From the human T2T-CHM13v2.0 reference genome, Homo sapiens: DNA of 64,000 nt. Shown here in pieces: positions 58,680 to 64,000 of the stretch; position 1 is the stretch's first letter, and the number at the start of each line of letters is the position of its first letter. The DNA lies in the NCBI RefSeq assembly GCF_009914755.1, contig NC_060925.1. One strand, written 5' to 3'. The notes under the pieces are model-generated. The model did not search any database. It saw only the letters and a list, made by a program, of their open reading frames with translations, and was not told the origin of the DNA. The position numbers and the translations under genes were made by a program.

Positions 58680-59017
58680 TAGTTCTCAGAGCACTGATGC
58701 AAAATCCCGGGGCACATTGGAGTCTCCAGGCAGTTTACAGAACCCCCAGGCCTGGGTTCCACCCTACAGATCCTATGCAATTGGTCTGGGGTATGACCTA
58801 GGCCATGGGAAGGCCACGGGATTTTTAAAAGCTCCTGAGTTAGAACAATGACCCTTAATCTGGTTCACATGAGAATCACCTGGGGGAACCCTTAAACAAT
58901 GCCCAGGTCCTACCTCCAGGGATCCTGATATAATTTGTTTGGAGTGGGGCTTGGGTGTTGAGAGGTTTGAAAGGCTCCCCAGGTGATTCTGATGTGGGCC
59001 TAGGGCCAAGAACCACC
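58680..59017. mobile_element. Two tandem MER5A-like MITEs inside an L2 relic
   Basis: gcacattggagtctcc...caattggtctgggg and gaatcacctgggg...ctccccaggtgattctgatgtg...agaaccac. Confidence 0.7.
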
Positions 59018-59663
59018 GAGTAAGAGGCTATCACAGTAATCCAGATAAGTGAGCCAGACCCTAGGGATGGCAGGAAGTAGAGTCAGAAACACTTAGGAGG
59101 TAGAACTGGCCCAGCTTGGTGATGGACTGCGTGGGAAGGTCTGAGGCAGGAAAAGATGAAGGCCTACACATTTCTTAGTTTCCTGACTTGGTCAAGGGGG
59201 CAAATGGTGGCCGCTCCAGGCTGGGGTCAACTCTCTCCACCTTTGCCCTCATCCTAAATCTGGTGCTACTGCCTGCAGTCCTGGCAGTTGAGAGAGACTC
59301 TACTATAGTCTTGGACAATTACAATATTCCAGGTGTGCTCCGCTTTTAAGAAAATCAAGTGCCATATGTCTCTTGATAAGACCCAGTGAAACTCTGAAAA
59401 TGCTGCCCCAAGGGACGCCATCTCCCAGGGGGAGATCTAGGCTGTGGAAAGCAACCCGAGGCCCCACAAGGAAGGGATTGGACCAAAACCATAGGATGTG
59501 AGTGCAGAAAGGGACTTTAGAGACCTTCCCTGTCACATTAGGGAAATTACAGACCAAAAGAGTAAACAGACTTGGCAGAAGGTGGAAGGATTGGTGCGAG
59601 GTGGCGAGGGAAACTGAGGTCCAGGGAGATCAAATGCCTCATACACAGAGAGTAGTTTTTGCT

Positions 59664-59826
59664 GCTGCATCTCATCAATTCTAAAGCACATTTTTTCATA
59701 TTTAACATTGAACAAGCAGATGTGTTATGCAATTGTCATTGTTTAAATGTCAGTGTTTTTATTTATTAGTGGTACATCAAATAAAGGAGCATCTTACAAT
59801 CAATGACATCTTACATATAATGGCAT
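59664..59826. mobile_element. MER104-like TcMar-Tc2 MITE
   Basis: catctcatcaattctaaagcacattttttc...gcatcttacaatcaatgacatctta. Confidence 0.6.
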
Positions 59827-60317
59827 TATTTTGCTTTAATTTTATAACCAACTTGGAGATCCATTGACCAAGATGTTCCGTTGGCCAAGTACATTGTCAT
59901 CTGGCTTCACTGAGATAACACAATCATCTGTCAGCTGAGCAATTCCTCTGCGAGCTGAGGTTGGGCTTATCCATTTTTGATATCCTGTGACTTCGGCTCT
60001 GTTCTGACCCTCAGCAGGAGCCTGAGAACTGCTTGTAGGGACATGACCCTGAAGATGACACTGATGACTGTTCCCAGGGTTCCGGGGATGCTCATGTGGC
60101 TCTTGCTGCTTTCCCTTTTACGGCTGTGGGAACTCACATTATTTTCATGACAACTAAGGACTTGAGCTGGTTTGGGCAGTAGCGTGTGGACTTCACTGGG
60201 CAGCTGCTAGGGCTCGTCCATATTAACCATCGTGGTGGTGGAGAATGTGATGCCATTGAAGGAGGCCAGGCAAATAGGCCCTGCATGCTATCTGCTAGGT
60301 ATTTGCTTTAGGGGTAT

Positions 60318-61140
60318 GTGGTATAAATGGGTTATAAACAAGTTATAAACAGGTTATAAATGGATTGTATGAACGAGTTCAAGACAGCCCCTGTGTATTG
60401 GCCCCCATGCTGTTTACTTCCACACCACAGCCCAGGACCGTTAACTCAAGCCTGCCAGCACCAAACTCAAATTCTTGCACATCCAATTGCTTTAAATGTA
60501 GGCCAAATATTATTTGCCCATTTAGAGCCTGCCTGCTTCGATAATTTGCAAAACTACACCCGACACCCTCTCACCATAGGTAAGACGAACCTCAGGGCTA
60601 CAAAAGACCCCAAATGGCTGCTGTCCTTTGGAGCTCTCTGACCCAGAGACTCCTCACCATGATGCTCCCCACCATGAACCCTCTTGGGTTCAAACGATCC
60701 TCCAGCCTTAGCCCCCCAAGTAAATGAGACTTCAGGTACATGCCACCAGGCCTGGTTAATTTTTAAATCTTTTTTTAGAGATGGGGTTTCACCATGTTTG
60801 CCTAGGCTGGTCTCAAACTCCTGAACTCAGCAATCTGCCCGCCTGGGCCTCCCAAAGTGCTGGGATTACAGGTGTGAGCCACTGCACCTGGCTCCTTTTC
60901 TTTTCTTCTAGACCTGTGACATCTCTTAGACCTGTAACCTCCTCTCTGATCCTCCTCTCCCCTGGGAGTGTCCTTGCCCTTTTCTTCTGGTGGTGGCCCT
61001 GCCACTGCCTCTGGAAGGTCTTCTGCTGCAAGGGACTTTCCCCTTCCATGCATTCTGTCCAAGCTTCATCCAAATAAAGCTCTTGTGTGCTATTGCCATC
61101 TAGTGATCTGGTCTTTTTCTTGATCTTTCCCCAACATTCA
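60318..61140 (+). mobile_element. Old ERVL LTR (MER73/MER74/LTR53 group) interrupted by a partial Alu
   Basis: TATA-position ctacaaaagacccc, AATAAA at ~61073, U5-like end; subfamily uncertain. Confidence 0.5.
60677..60893 (-). mobile_element. Partial Alu lacking its 3' end
   Basis: gggttcaaacgatcc...ctcccaaagtgctgggattacaggtgtgagccactgcacctggc. Confidence 0.88.
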
Positions 61141-62294
61141 AACTCATGAGAGTATAATTGTGTAAATAAGCAGATAAATCTAATTTTAGACACTACCTAC
61201 CAAGGGGCTTCACTGACGTCTGTAATGTGAGAGTTAAGCAGCTTAGCTAGTAACACTACTGAAACACCACTGTTTTTACTGAAAGATATAATGTATGCAG
61301 GGGTCATTCATCACAGATACAGAACGTCCTAAAAAGAAAAAAAAAAAGTAGCATCAAACACATTTTAAATTATAGACCAGAAGAGTAAACAGACTTGTCT
61401 TGTTGGTTTTGTTGCTGCCTCGTGGGGCTAATGGCCAGCCCCTGGACAGTCCCAAGGGGGCAGCTCAGTTACCATTCTCAGGAAGAGGATACGACTGTCT
61501 ACGGCTCTTCCCAACAACAAACACAGAGTAGCCATGCACATCTCAGGAATGGAGATGGAGCAAGAGAAAAACTAGCGATAACAGCTAGAGTTGGTTGCAT
61601 TTCTAGTAGGTGCTAAACAACATGCAAGGTGTTGTACATGCATTATCTCAGGTATTCCTCACAAAACCCTATTATTAGTCCAAAGCTCAGAAGAGTTCAT
61701 CAATTTGCCAAAGTTGCAAATCTAATCCATGGTAGAATTGGGATTCAAAGCCTGGTCAATGAGACTCCAGGAAGGACAGGATTTAACCGCCTTGCCCTGT
61801 TGCAGAAATTCAACTAGCCTGAGCATTTTGCAATGTGTCATAACTTCTGATAATGGGCTGAATAAAGGATGGCAGCAACATCGGTAGGAATTGCAGTATC
61901 TCTCAAAGTTACGGGCCAGGGGAGGGTGGGACAGGTGTCAGCAGACAGACTCCATGGACATGCTACATCCTGGTGTCAGATTTGGGGTACTGACCTCCAC
62001 TGGGGTGTGTGTGGTGGAACAGGGTTCTGCCTAGTCACAGCCCAGTTCTATCAGATCAGGAACCCCGTCATCCTCCCAGGCTCCTTCCTGGCCACCTGCA
62101 GCAGCTGGGCCCAGGGCTGCTTCCATATTCAAGAAAGAGAGACATCGAAGTGACAGGGATGGAACAGAATGCTGAGAGATCAAGGGAAGTTTCTAGTTAT
62201 TTTCCCATCCACACCCAAGCTCTCTCGTCCTCCGTTGTCAGCCCAGTCAGGAACATCTCGTCACTCACCCCACCTCCATAGGAACTGACCCTCT

Positions 62295-62580
62295 GTGGAT
62301 GGTTTTCCATGGCTGCCATAACAATGTGCACTAAGGGAGTGGCTTGAACCAAAGAAATGTCTTGTTTCACAGTCCTGGAAGCTGGAAGTCCAAGATCAAG
62401 GTGTCAGCAGGGTTGGACCCTTCTGAGGGCTGTGGGGAGAGTCTGTTCCTGGCCTCTCCCTTGGCTTCTGGTGGTTTGCTGGTGATCCTCGGCTTGTAGA
62501 AGCTTCACTACGATCCCTGCCTTCATCTTCACCTGGCACTTTTCCTGCATGAGTGTCTACCTCTAAATTTCCCATTTTTA
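62295..62580 (-). mobile_element. MLT1-type MaLR LTR (partial)
   Basis: ggctgccataacaa...cacagtcctggaagctggaagtccaagatcaaggtgtcagcaggg. Confidence 0.75.
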
Positions 62581-62825
62581 CTTATTTTTTATTTTAAAAT
62601 TAAAAAAACTTTTAATAGTAGAAAATTTTGAACATACACAAAAATAGAATAGTATAATGAACCCCCATGTACCCATTACATAGTGTCGACAATGACCAAC
62701 AAATGGCCAATCTTATCTCATTTGTTCCTCCTCCCTGCACCTATCTCTATGGAAATATTTTAAAGCAAATTCTCCTTATCATTTTATTTACATACATGTC
62801 AGTCACATGTCTTCTAAATGATAAC

Positions 62826-63129
62826 TTTTTTTTTTTTTTTTTTTGACACAGAGTCTCAGTCTGTCGCCCAGGCTGTAGTGCAGTGGTGCTATCTTGGCTC
62901 ACTGCAACCTCCACTACCTGGGTTCAAGCAATTCTCATGCCTCAACCTCCTGAGTAGCTGGGCTAACAGGTGCATGCCACCATGCCCAGCTAATTGTGTG
63001 TGTGTTTAGTAGAGACAGGGTTTTGCCATGTTGGCCAGGCTGGTCTTGAACTCCTGATCTCAAGTGATCCACCTGCCTTGGCCTCCCACAAAGTGCTGGG
63101 ATTACAGACGTGAGCCACCACACCCAGCC
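62826..63129 (-). mobile_element. Alu (S-type)
   Basis: Full dimer, poly-T; linker converted to (gt)n. Confidence 0.95.
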
Positions 63130-63196
63130 AAGAACTCTTAAATACATAATTTTGATACAATTATCTCACTATTAACTGAACAAAACAGTATCACCT

Positions 63197-63510
<314 letters not shown>

Positions 63511-63732
63511 TTACCAGATAGCTACTCAGTGTTCACATTTCCCCAAAAGTCAATTTGTTCAGGATCTCAACAAGGTCTATGTACACATTGTGTTTGGTTG
63601 ATATGTCTTAAATTTCTTAAAATCTATAGTAGTTTCCTCTTCTCTCTTTTTTCTTATCATTTATTTATTGGAAAAAATTAGTTCACTTACCTTGTAGCAT
63701 TTCACACATTTTGAATTTGGCTGATTATATCC

Positions 63733-64000
63733 TTTTCTTTTCTTTTCTTGTCTTTTCTTTTTCTTTTCTTTCTTTCTTTTTTTTTTTTTAAAGAAAAGGT
63801 CTTGCCCTTGCTCTGTCAACGAGGCTGGAGTGCAGTGGCACAAATACAACTCACTACAATCTCCACCTCCTGGGTTCAAGCGATCCTCTGGCCTCAGCCC
63901 TGCAAGTAGATGGGACTTCAGGTACATGCCACCATGCCTGGCTAATTTTTGTAGAGACGGGGTTTCGCAATGTTGCCTAGGCTGGTCTTGAACTCCTGAG
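63733..64000 (-). mobile_element. AluJ running off the window end
   Basis: (ttttc)n tail and Alu right arm plus part of the left arm. Confidence 0.9.

Overview
Primate (human-like) genomic DNA, apparently intergenic or intronic. I cannot support any protein-coding exon, RNA gene or CRISPR array, and I cannot name the locus from sequence alone. The window is dominated by interspersed repeats: about 30 Alus; LTRs of the MER52, MLT1, THE1, MLT2, MER57 (with internal sequence), MST, MER41A, LTR8, MER34-like, MER31 and ERVL types; L1, L2 and MIR relics; and DNA transposons (MER115, MER3, MER20, MER5, MER104). A ~4.1 kb complex (GT)-rich array with higher-order duplication directly abuts a CpG-containing CRE/GC-box element. 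The long ORFs in the track are repeat artefacts. I see no evidence of a new gene system. The most unusual signals are several template-switch or microhomology scars: a THE1 fragment with a fold-back junction embedded in an Alu, a 40-bp tailless Alu piece between 18-bp direct repeats, a snap-back in another Alu, and a 49-bp duplication across an LTR end. The GT array plus CRE element is the other notable feature. Repeat family names come from recalled consensus sequences, and boundaries without a target-site duplication (TSD) are approximate.
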